Below are positions 1 to 10,400 of a stretch of DNA of 59,006 nucleotides, piece by piece; position 1 is the first letter of the stretch; each line of letters starts with the position of its first letter. The stretch lies in IMG/VR virus record IMGVR_UViG_3300025770_000022, positions 1-59,006 of that record; one strand, written 5' to 3'. The stretch is from a virus. The notes under the pieces were generated by a model. The model was not told where the DNA came from and did no database searches. It saw only the letters and a list, made by a program, of their open reading frames with translations. The translations under genes and the position numbers were made by a program.

Positions 1-693
1 GTGAAACCAAGCACTTCTGCCACCCATACCGTAATCTCCACCATATACTGGTGCACAGTTAAAACAAGTATGACAACAAGTGTAACAGTTGAAACTATGA
101 CATTGTATTTGCCCTACGTGTCCACCAACTGCACAATAATTCGATAATCCTGGGCCAGTTACATAACTCGTATGTCCTCTGCCGACTGAACTATTCGGAT
201 AGCAACATCCAGTTCCTGCTGAACATATTTGATAAACGTCTGTACCATCTCCAACGAAATCTCCGTCATCTACGTTTAAGTGTTTAACAACATATCCTCC
301 AGCACCACCAGGAAGTCCTACCATCATACAACAGCAAGCACCCCATCCTGAAGCGCCTCCACCGTACATTTCAAATTTAATTCCTTTAGTGTCTGCGGGT
401 ACAGTCCAAGCACATTGATGTCCGTTATAATTAATTGCTTCTTGACCTGTAGCACCTTGACCAGAGTTACAACCAACGTATAGTACACGTTCTGGGCCAC
501 TACCTTGTCCACCACCAGCGGCAATCAACTCTGCTACACCGTCTGCGGTAGTCTGAGTGAGTGTTCCGACTTGTGACTCTTGCAAGTCACAAACGTCTTT
601 TAGGGCGGTAAATGTCGCATTGGCTAGATATTCCAAGGTTTGGTCGACATCTTTCGCCATTTGGTTCATTTTACCAAGTGTTAAAATATCCAT
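1..693 (-). CDS. Cys/Gly-rich virion (fibre-associated) protein, 3'-truncated by window edge
   Basis: Manually translated open frame from ATG at 693 (GGAG RBS upstream) to the window edge: MDILTLGKMNQ...CAWTVPADTKGIKFEMYGGGASGWGACCCMMVGLPGGAGGY...QCHSFNCYTCCHTCFNC. Absent from the ORF track. Confidence 0.8.
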   Translation of the reverse strand, partial: MDILTLGKMNQMAKDVDQTLEYLANATFTALKDVCDLQESQVGTLTQTTADGVAELIAAGGGQGSGPERVLYVGCNSGQGATGQEAINYNGHQCAWTVPADTKGIKFEMYGGGASGWGACCCMMVGLPGGAGGYVVKHLNVDDGDFVGDGTDVYQICSAGTGCCYPNSSVGRGHTSYVTGPGLSNYCAVGGHVGQIQCHSFNCYTCCHTCFNCAPVYGGDYGMGGRSAWFH

Positions 694-728
694 CGTTTTT
701 TAATCTCCAGTGTTTTCATATTCAATTC

Positions 729-749
729 TATTTATATTAAATATTTATA
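729..749 (-). promoter_or_regulatory. T4-type late promoter TATAAATA (two copies)
   Basis: TATTTATA on the + strand at 729-736 and 742-749, upstream of the 693 start. Confidence 0.7.
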
Positions 750-766
750 TTAAGTTTCTAGTAGTA

Positions 767-3700
767 TTATACTTCCCAAACATCTTTGAGTGTAATAATA
801 CCCCTCATATTCTCAAGGTTGCCATCGTATCTACTAGAAGTGTAAAGTAATGACGCAGGAGTTCCTAGTGTCCAAGATTGAGTTTTGAATGACCAAGAGT
901 CGTTCAGCGTGTGTCCGTTTGGATTCTCGAACTGAATCATAATACCATTCTTGTAGTTAGTACCAGCAGTGTTATTTGCAGAGAATTCAGAATCATTCGT
1001 ATTGCCCTCTGGTCCAAACAATGCTAAGTCTACATTGACATTATTAATAGATGCGCCTTGCAATAGAACTGGGCCAGCAACAATTATGACAGGAGTCTTA
1101 TATGCAGTTCCAGGATTAGTGAATTCGATAGATGAAACATTACCATTCAATCCTAATACTACCGTTCCTTCTGCCCCGTAACCAGTTGGTTCTGCGTGTT
1201 CATCTACAACAATGACTCGTGTTTCGCCAGGAACATAATCTGCCCAATCTTCGACAATCGTTCCAGCCCCGATACCATTATTAAGAGATACACTTCCTAC
1301 AAAACCACTTCCGACTGATTTAGTGCTTGAGCCAACTAGGCCACCAGCATCTGAAACTACAATCATCGGTTCGTCATAGTTAGTTCCACGTGTAGTTAAT
1401 ACAATGTCAGTTACTACGTTATTAAGGTCTTGAGTAAGAACTGCGCCTGAACCAGTATCTAATGGGTCATTGATAGTAAACTCAACATCGACATAATTAG
1501 AACCCGGTTTAACAACAGTTATTGAAACAATTTCACCAATCGTAATTGGTGCAGTCCAAGTACCTGAACCAGCAACACACGTTGCTTCGTCTGAGAATGC
1601 AACATCTGAACAAGAACCTGGTACTGCTTCAGTAGTTAGAACTGGTCGAACAATTGCACCTGAACCATATAGAGTACCAGTCATATTGCCTGTGATATCA
1701 TACTGCGGAGTTCCCGTAGGGTCCATCACAACGATTTTAGTTTCTGGTGAGTATCCTGTACCACGATTGGCTACACCAACAGAGGCAATAGAACGATTAG
1801 TTTCTACAGTTGCGTATGCTCCTTCTCCTGGCCCAGATACATCAACTATGTTCACTATATCAGTAAGTGTATATCCTTGTCCAGGTCTGTCTACAGCAAT
1901 ATTGATAATTGTTCCTGCGGCATCGACTGTAGCAAGTCCTCGAACTCCTCCACCAGTAGGTGAATTGATATCAACAAAAACGCTATTATCACGTACCCAA
2001 AGGGTTGCTTTAATGTTTGTGTCATTATCATCATAGAGGTCATACTTATCTGTGATTTCACATTCTTTAGTAATTACGTATGTGAAAACAGCATTCTGAG
2101 GTACGTCACCAGAATCAAACATCCCACCTGCGTGAGTAATTGTATGTGCTTGAATATCTAAGTTTGTAAACTCTAGAGTATCTCCAACATTAGCAGAGAT
2201 AATAGATGGAACAAAAGCGTTGTTCTGAATATCGACACTTACTGTTTTAGCAGTAGTATCCGTATATCCTGTACCAGCGACTGATACTGCGAATCCAGCA
2301 ATTCCGCCGTCAACTAGTGACATTGAAGTTGCGGCTGCCACAGTAGGAGTTCCACCTGTAATTGCAACACTGTCAGCGACAACATAATCTGCTCCGCCAT
2401 CTGTAATTGTTACAAAATCTACACTGTCATCTTCTTTAAGAGTAACATATCCAGCCGCAAGTCCACCAGTTGAAGTGGTGAAAGTAAGCGTGATAGTAGG
2501 ATTAACAATGTGAGTAGTAACTTCCCTTGGATGAACGTGAGCACCGTTTGTTGCAGTGAATTCAAATGATTGATTGAATACGTTCCAAGATACTGTTTGG
2601 TCGTGAGTGTGACCCGCATCAACCGTAGTTGATAGAACAGGAGTTCCCGATTTAATAAGATTAACTTCAGTCTGGGTTAGATGAACTGTATGAGTATGTC
2701 CATCTCCACCTGGTACTGCGGCAACCGCTACTTCATAGTATCCAGTATATCCTGCACCAGGAGTTTCAACTTTAACTTCTTCTACCATTCCATCTTTCAA
2801 TGTGAATGAAGAAACCGCTTTAGTTTCTACTGAGCCCGCTACATCAACTGCTCCCTTATCAAATGCTCGTACTGAAGTATTTGCTGACCATTTAGTACCA
2901 CCGTTTGTGATTACGACATCTGAAACACCATCATCATAAACTGCGTTAAGTATTGCTCCAGTTCCTTGTTTTCCATTTGCATCAACTGTGTATGCGTAAG
3001 AATCAATAAATCCAGAGTCATCATTGATGAACACTTTATAAATTAGTCCGTCTGATAATTCTTTTACGTATGATTCGCCTGAAATATTATACTCATAAGA
3101 ACGTGTAAAATCGTCAAGTAGTGCGACAATTGGGTCAAAATATTCTTCACAAGTAGTAGGAGTATCATAACTTCCACCAGAACCATCGATATCCGATGCG
3201 TTGTGCATTGCAGTCACGCCCCAACCAGTCACTGAACTTGTAGCATCGTGACAATAAGATTGGAAAGGCTTGAATAGAACTGTATCGTAATGTTCTGCAA
3301 AGTTTCCTGTTACACCATTATTGTAAACAGTATTACCAGTAATGTCTGTAATTTTGACATAATCTCCACTGTCAACTCCACCAAACATAAGTGCGGCATC
3401 TGCGCCACGTCTTAGAATAAGTTCTGGGTTGTCTGTGTCTGGGATAGAAGTGTTATTAAGAATAGTTAAGTCTACTGCAGGGTCACCATTAATTTCGTGT
3501 CCCGTTGCTCTGAATGTAGTAACTCCACCAACTGTGGTATTCTTGTTAATATCATATGCTTTAATCTTAGTAACTGAGGTAGAACCTGTAGCCGTTTCAA
3601 TATCAAGTTTTAAGTGATGTTGGAATGGTCGTGGCTCTCCTACAATCTGCATACTTTCACCAAATGATACAATTGCACCAGATGTTGGATTATATGAAAT

Positions 3701-4351
3701 GTGGTGAGTCTTATTAGGACCCTCTTCAGCAAACGTAATATTACCTTCTGCATTGTAGAGATAATCAGTAAATCCGATTTCTCTAGTCATCGTGACTTCA
3801 GAAAGTAGAGTATTCGTTTGATGGATAGAATATCCAGAATCGGCTGCGCCAGAAGTATATTGCGATAAGTTCGCAAGCATATCTGCTAGTGCTTGAGCAA
3901 TAATAGAATCCTGATACGCAACGTGACCAGTATAATCAGTCGTTAATTGCGATAGGCTGTTTGTTAAATTCGTTTCAAGAGTATTAGCGTGATTTGATAG
4001 AACATTTCCTGCATCATTGGCCCAAGGGACGAATGTTGCATTGACGAATCCTTGAACCTCATCGTTCATATAGGTTTCTACAGCGTTCATAGCCGTATTT
4101 GTTCTAACAACTACCTCATTCTTGAAGGTATTCTGTTGATTTTCTAAAGGAGTTGAGATATTATCATTCAACCAGTTCTTCATTGATGCGGCCATCGCAT
4201 TCAACTTAGTCGGTATCATAACCGCTGGTGTATTTGTGTATATCTCTACTTCTTCGGTAAACGCCGTGACATCGACACTATCAAATGTAATATCTGGTAT
4301 GTCATTGAACGGGTCAACCGCAGTAGTTATGCTTGATAGTGTTACGGACAT
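767..4351 (-). CDS. Large virion structural protein (1194 aa) with GxGY repeats, His-triad module and degenerate cupredoxin domain
   Basis: Repeated (I/V)x(V/I)xxPGxGY motifs typical of T4-like baseplate/fibre proteins; GHTH..GHTH..AHVH module; NNAFVP..VGDTLEFTNLDIQAHTIT cupredoxin-like segment. Confidence 0.8.
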   Translation of the reverse strand: MSVTLSSITTAVDPFNDIPDITFDSVDVTAFTEEVEIYTNTPAVMIPTKLNAMAASMKNWLNDNISTPLENQQNTFKNEVVVRTNTAMNAVETYMNDEVQGFVNATFVPWANDAGNVLSNHANTLETNLTNSLSQLTTDYTGHVAYQDSIIAQALADMLANLSQYTSGAADSGYSIHQTNTLLSEVTMTREIGFTDYLYNAEGNITFAEEGPNKTHHISYNPTSGAIVSFGESMQIVGEPRPFQHHLKLDIETATGSTSVTKIKAYDINKNTTVGGVTTFRATGHEINGDPAVDLTILNNTSIPDTDNPELILRRGADAALMFGGVDSGDYVKITDITGNTVYNNGVTGNFAEHYDTVLFKPFQSYCHDATSSVTGWGVTAMHNASDIDGSGGSYDTPTTCEEYFDPIVALLDDFTRSYEYNISGESYVKELSDGLIYKVFINDDSGFIDSYAYTVDANGKQGTGAILNAVYDDGVSDVVITNGGTKWSANTSVRAFDKGAVDVAGSVETKAVSSFTLKDGMVEEVKVETPGAGYTGYYEVAVAAVPGGDGHTHTVHLTQTEVNLIKSGTPVLSTTVDAGHTHDQTVSWNVFNQSFEFTATNGAHVHPREVTTHIVNPTITLTFTTSTGGLAAGYVTLKEDDSVDFVTITDGGADYVVADSVAITGGTPTVAAATSMSLVDGGIAGFAVSVAGTGYTDTTAKTVSVDIQNNAFVPSIISANVGDTLEFTNLDIQAHTITHAGGMFDSGDVPQNAVFTYVITKECEITDKYDLYDDNDTNIKATLWVRDNSVFVDINSPTGGGVRGLATVDAAGTIINIAVDRPGQGYTLTDIVNIVDVSGPGEGAYATVETNRSIASVGVANRGTGYSPETKIVVMDPTGTPQYDITGNMTGTLYGSGAIVRPVLTTEAVPGSCSDVAFSDEATCVAGSGTWTAPITIGEIVSITVVKPGSNYVDVEFTINDPLDTGSGAVLTQDLNNVVTDIVLTTRGTNYDEPMIVVSDAGGLVGSSTKSVGSGFVGSVSLNNGIGAGTIVEDWADYVPGETRVIVVDEHAEPTGYGAEGTVVLGLNGNVSSIEFTNPGTAYKTPVIIVAGPVLLQGASINNVNVDLALFGPEGNTNDSEFSANNTAGTNYKNGIMIQFENPNGHTLNDSWSFKTQSWTLGTPASLLYTSSRYDGNLENMRGIITLKDVWEV

Positions 4352-4385
4352 TGTATTTTATCTCCAAAATTGTATTCTTCTGATA

Positions 4386-4393
4386 TATTTATA
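4386..4393 (-). promoter_or_regulatory. T4-type late promoter TATAAATA
   Basis: Exact motif in the intergenic gap upstream of the 4351 start. Confidence 0.7.
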
Positions 4394-4421
4394 AGAACTA
4401 AATTCATAATCATATCGTATA

Positions 4422-7400
4422 TTATGGAATCACTAGAGAAGATACTTCTCTAAATTGAGTTCCGTCTGCGTTTTCAACTATTACATCATATGTTCCAGAA
4501 GCCAGTCCACCTTGGTCATCGACCATTGCCAGATTATTAACATCTGTGAACTGGTAACTTGGACTATTTGCCACTGGTCCTGTACCCGGAGTGCTAGTAA
4601 GTTCTACCCACACTACAGTACCATTTCCACCAGATACAAATCCTGCTCCAAGTATAAACCAATTAGACGGGTCTATCTCCGTGACCGATATGATTCTTAA
4701 TGTATCTCTAACATTGAATAAGGTTGGAGCAGTTGCGGTATCTCCATCAGTATTTGTAATTATAAACTCTTGGTCTCCAAGTGGAGTTAGAGGATTGATA
4801 ACAAAATTAACTTTAGTAGGCAACAAGACTGCTTGTGAAACCTGTTCGACTCCACCGAGTGTGATTGTCCATAATGGGTCAATACCATCACCAACTACTT
4901 CGACTGTATCTCCCGCCATTGCTGAGACTACTGTAGTATCCCAAGTTCCTCTTGGTGCAATACATTCTGCTTCAGTCGTGAAGTTAGCATCAGAACAATG
5001 TGCTGGAACTTCAGGAGTCCAAGTGCCTCTTGGTGCGATACAAGTTGCTTCAGTCGTATATGAAACGTCAGTACAAGTACCTGGGGTCCAAGTATTATTC
5101 GCTGAAGTCCAAGTATTATTCGCTGAAGTCCACGTACCTGCATTATTTTCACAAGATACTTGGTCATAGTAAGAACCGATAGAACAAGTTCCCTGAGCCA
5201 GACAGTTAGTTTCGTTATTGTTATATACTGGATTAGAACAAGTTCCTTCCATTATACAATCTGCTTCAGTATTATTTGCCGATGCTGAACAACTTCCTGC
5301 AGTCCAAGTTCCGAATGGTTCTACACAACCTGCTTCAGTAGTATAAATTCCATCAGAACAGAATTCTGTTGCGAGTCCCGTCCAAGCACCGTTTATTGTT
5401 TCACAATCTACAGAGTTGTAGTATAATGGATTAGAACAAGATGGGGTTATTGCCGATACTGCTCTATTACCAAACTCAATACTCATAGTGGAAATCATAA
5501 TTGGTGGATTAAGAATTTCATTAGAACGCTTGTTAACGTCATAGTAATCTTCAACTACAGATTCTCCGAATGATTCAAGAGTACGCATTCCAGCGATTGG
5601 CTGTCCAACGTAATCTGCATTCTTCATATCAAGATGGTTGTTTGCCCATCGCTCTTCTCCTCCGATTGGAACTCCGAAGACGTTCATTGAACGTGCTAAC
5701 AATAGATACTCATCAGATGAAAGATTAGGAACAGATTTTACTGAGATGTTATCCCAATAAGTGAATCCATTTCCAGTAGTTGAAAGAGTTAAGAATGCGT
5801 TACCCGTAACAGGTGCAGTAAAGATAAAGTCTTTAGAGCCGTCTGTGTCGTTCGCCGCAATCACCATACTTCCATACGCATCTGAATCAGGCGTAGGACC
5901 AATCTTAACGATTGAATCAGTAGGTCTATCAATATCGAATGATACTTTATAATTCAATTTATCAGTAACTTCAAAACTAATATGTGCAATACCTCTTGCA
6001 GAAGTACCGACACCAGATGTATATATTTGTTGAGTATTTTGATTTACATAAGCCTCTGCACCTTGCTGAGGTGAGAATGTCCATTTCTCTTCGATTTCTC
6101 TAACAGAAACATCATCAATACTTCCTTGAAATCCCGTATTAGTATAATAAGGACTATAATTTTCAGGTCGATTATTATCTACAGTAGATATGAAGTGAAT
6201 TTTGCTATCCGCAGAACCCGCTCTAACGTGATGTGTACGTTGTCCGCTTGGAACAAGTCCAGTTGTATCAGCATCAAGAACTGGGATATCTTCTTCGTGT
6301 AATGATACAGAATTGATTAATCCAGTTCCATTCATTCGTAGAACAAACTGGTCACTGGCTTCACCTATCAAATCGAGATGATGAATACCAGATGTAGTAA
6401 TCGTTTTCTGAAGAACTCCGCCAATCAAGATTTCAATTGATGGGTTATTAGCAGATGTTCCAATCAATGCTAGTGTCTCGTGTCCTTCAGGAATAGTTTG
6501 ACTAACTAGAATATAACTTCCAGTATCATAACTAATAGTGAATTCGTGAGTATATGTATCAGCGTGATAGGCATCAGTCTGAGGGAATGTTCTTGTGCGA
6601 GTTGCATCAGCCATCAACCAATCAGCATCAACCTGTGTAATCTGGAATTGATGTGAGTGACTTCCGTTAGGACCAGGCCCAACTTGGAAAGTAAGAATAT
6701 TATGTGTCTCAAGAACACAATCTAATGTAGTCTCGTAACTAGAGTTTTTGACTAAATTATTCTCTAGAGTATATGTCATTGTTCCATTTACAGAAGAGTT
6801 AAAGTTCATCACTGCATTAGTAATTGAAACATCAACACCCGAAGCAGTCCAATTGATTTGAAGTGGGTCTACTATATCAAGATTCCAGTTAGCAATCTTA
6901 TGAGTAGTATCACTACCAAGAGCAACTCTTAATCGCCCAGTCATTCCATTATCACTTGGGTCCATATCTGCTAAGGTATACTTAACTTCATATAGTTTGC
7001 CAGGAGTAAATACTACTGTCTGATTAATCTCAGTATCAGATAAAATAGTTCCGTCAAGATACGCTTTACCGTTGATTGACTGCCATCCTTCACCCATATA
7101 CCAAGCATTCTGTCCAGTAACACGTTCTCTGATTGATATATTATCAATCTTACCTATTCCCGTGTTAGACAATCTCAGTATTGCAGTATTATTAGGAGCG
7201 ACTACAGTTTCAGAATAATGTCCTACTAGTGTATTTGCAGTTCCGACAATCGTTGTATCGCCCATCAAGGATGCTGTAAGTGTTCCATTCTCTGCGCCGA
7301 ATACATCTTTAAACGACTCAATAATATCATATTGAATTTCGTAAGTGATTCCGTCTTGAACTGTTCCAGTAACAAGTTGTTCGATATGAGCGGCAGTGCC

Positions 7401-10400
7401 ATCAGTTGTATGTGCAGTACCACCGTTTACTTCCCAAGAACCTGTCTCTGTCCAAACAACTTCTTTGAATGAAACATTGTCGAGTAGAATATTTGAACGC
7501 TGATTAATATCAACACTCATATAAACTTTAGCAAGTCCCTCGTGGTTATTTGTTACAAGGAATTGCTCTGAATTAGCACCTTTTATCATTGTAACTGGGT
7601 CAATATATTGGATAGTACCAAGTTCAATATTCATTGCTTGAATCTTAGGTAGTGCTCCTAATCCAGTTGCTGTTACTAGATTTCCAAGTTGTAACAAGTC
7701 TGCTTGAGTTCCCGCTACTGGGAACGCATTTGCAGGTTCTGGTTGTACTTGGAAGTAATCATTTCCTGTTCCGTTGTCTATTTGAATTTTATCTTTAATG
7801 TGTAATGGAGTGTACATATTTTCTTGACCGTGATGATAATAAACTACGATATCATCTCCAGCATTAACTACTGGAATGTCAATAATATTGAATGTACCAA
7901 CCATAGATGCGTGCCAACCACACTGATAATACAGTGTGTCTGGTGCAACTGAAGGTACAGTAAATTCTACAATCTCATACTTAGGAACTCCTGCGGCATC
8001 TAGTCCGAATTTAGAACCTGGGTCAGTTTGAACCCCTGCTCCTTCTTCTCCTCTAGAACCCGTGACACCCAATAGATACTCACCGAAGTAAGCGCCTGGG
8101 GTAAAGTGACTTCCGTCATCAGTAGTTATATAGAATGGATGACCAGGTGCGTTGACTCTAAATCTATAAGTAGCACCTCGGTATAAGTTAAGAGTTCTGT
8201 TTGTTCCCTCAATCATTCCTTCTTTATCAAATTTGTATAGTCCGCCATCATCTTCTACTGCGTAGTAGAGATTAGTTTCTCCTGGCGGTACGAATGGCCC
8301 AAATCCAGATACTCCATCAGCACCTGTTAGACCGAAATCTTCTGGGATTTTCCAAGTAAATTCTTTCGAGAAGTTACCAATCCATTGTGACACTCTCCAT
8401 TGTGCTAGTCCAACATCTTCATTTGGATTTAATGCGGTACATACTGAGTAGTCATCGACTCCATTGTAATACCAACCAGTTACATCTAGTTCTTCACACC
8501 ATCCACTCAATCCCATACAAACTGGGAATGGTTGGTCTGAAACCCAAGTTCCTGGGTTATCCTCAAGAGATACAAAGTCGTTTAGAGCCCCAGTTTCAAT
8601 GGTTAATCCGTGACTTGCGTTTTTATTAACACAATGATAGCCCTCATTTGGTTCGCCTAAGCCTCGTGTCATACCCGCTTGAACTAGGTTATCCCAGCCT
8701 CCACCAGGTATTGCTTTAATACCAGCGGCGTGCATATACATATCTTGCATTACACCAGTGAATGGGTCAGGAGCAGTAACGTGTCCTGAAGAACTCCAAG
8801 CATTATTTACAAATGTATATTTACCACCACGGAATAAGTCGAATCCTCCTGCTGTTCCTTCGTTACCACCGAATGCTTCGTGTTCTGCAATGTCTCTTTG
8901 ATAAGGATAGTAAGAGATGTTTGACATATCGTGCCAAGACCAGAACCAAGGAGAATCTTGTGCTCCTTCAACTGTAGTCTGGCCAGGGTCAGCGGCTGTA
9001 ATAGTAGATTGTGTATCGACAATAATTTCAAATCCGTCTGTGGGTCCGTAACCATCGCCAAGTGCAACAACTGTATGGTTCATCATTGCGCCAGGTAATT
9101 CAGTAGGCGTATATGGTTGTGGTCCAGATGGTAACTGAACAACATCACCAACTGATAATGCGTGATTGACTGATTTAACAGTTCTTGGTCGAGACCATAG
9201 AACTTCTACACCAGAGATGAACGGGTCACCAACGTGGTTAGTTAAATCTCGTTCAACTTCGTATCTAAAGGATGCCATATCAGCAACAACTTCATAACTC
9301 TCAATAACATTGAAGAAAGTTGGAGTAGTTCCTGGCGCATTCTCTAGAGGATAAATTACTGTTTCAGTTAATGCAAAGTGGTCCCAATCGATAACATAGT
9401 CAACAAAGTAATTTGTATTACCGTGATGAATTCCGTTATATACGTTAGTATAGTGTATCTTGTCGCCTGCTTTAAGTTGGTGTCCGTCTGATTCAATACC
9501 ACGTTCTTTCTTAACATATCCTGCGATATCTGTGAAAGGCGTTGCGATTGTAGAAGGATTCAAATCATCGCCACCTAAAGCGAAATCATATTTTCCAACT
9601 GTGAATTGACTTGACCCAGGATAGTATACTCTATCAAAATCGTGAATATGTTGGTCAATCGAAATAATTAAATATGTGTCATTTGCAGGGTCGATACATC
9701 CAAATTCTACTGTATGGAAATGCTGTGGGTCAGAAGTTCCGTAATTGGAAGTTCCAATCTTAGTTGCTCCGCCCGTATGACTCCAAGTTCCATCAGTGTC
9801 TTGTGTGACTCCAGTTAATGGACTTGCTTTTAGTGTCGCTTCGTCTGTTATGTCAAGGAGCAATTGATGATAATGACCAAAGTTAGTCAATTCAATATTA
9901 GTTCCGCCTTCGATAACATAGTATTCAGACATACCGTGAGTATGTGAGCCAGTCATTCCAACTATATACATTCCACCAGCACCATTGTTTAGTGCAGGGT
10001 CCCAGTTATATGTAACAGAGTGAGCGTGAGGAGAGTTATCTCCAGAGCCAGTTCCGTCTGTCGTTGACATTGAAATTACGTTTGTGCCTGTTTGAATAGT
10101 AGCGTATTCGGCAGTTGTGAGTTCACCAGTGTGTATGTGTCCGATAACATTAACGTCATCAAAGAATACATCGACTCGTGCATCACCTTTTTGTACTGCG
10201 GTGATAATATAATCTTCCCATTTACGCTCTCCAACTCCAACTACTGCTCCGCCACCCGTTGTGCTTCCGCCTGAACCATAACCAGTACCGCCTTGTTCTA
10301 GAGTAAGTGAAGTAATACTACCATCAACTGAGCCTGTTGCTAAAGCATTGACTGTTGGTGAACCACCAACAAATGTAACAGCAGGTGGGCCAGTATATTC

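Noticed and set aside
324-524. 66-aa ORF from the track
   Set aside because: Out-of-frame shadow within the longer Cys-rich CDS starting at 693
4930-5450. Repeats considered as CRISPR array or DGR template/variable pair
   Set aside because: In-frame protein-coding repeats with no spacers, no adenine-specific divergence and no reverse transcriptase in the window
8600-8850. Possible additional cupredoxin (DLFRGGKYTFVNN..MHAAG) in the 2570-aa protein
   Set aside because: Start resembles the second cupredoxin but no Cys/His/Met ligand loop follows; left uncalled
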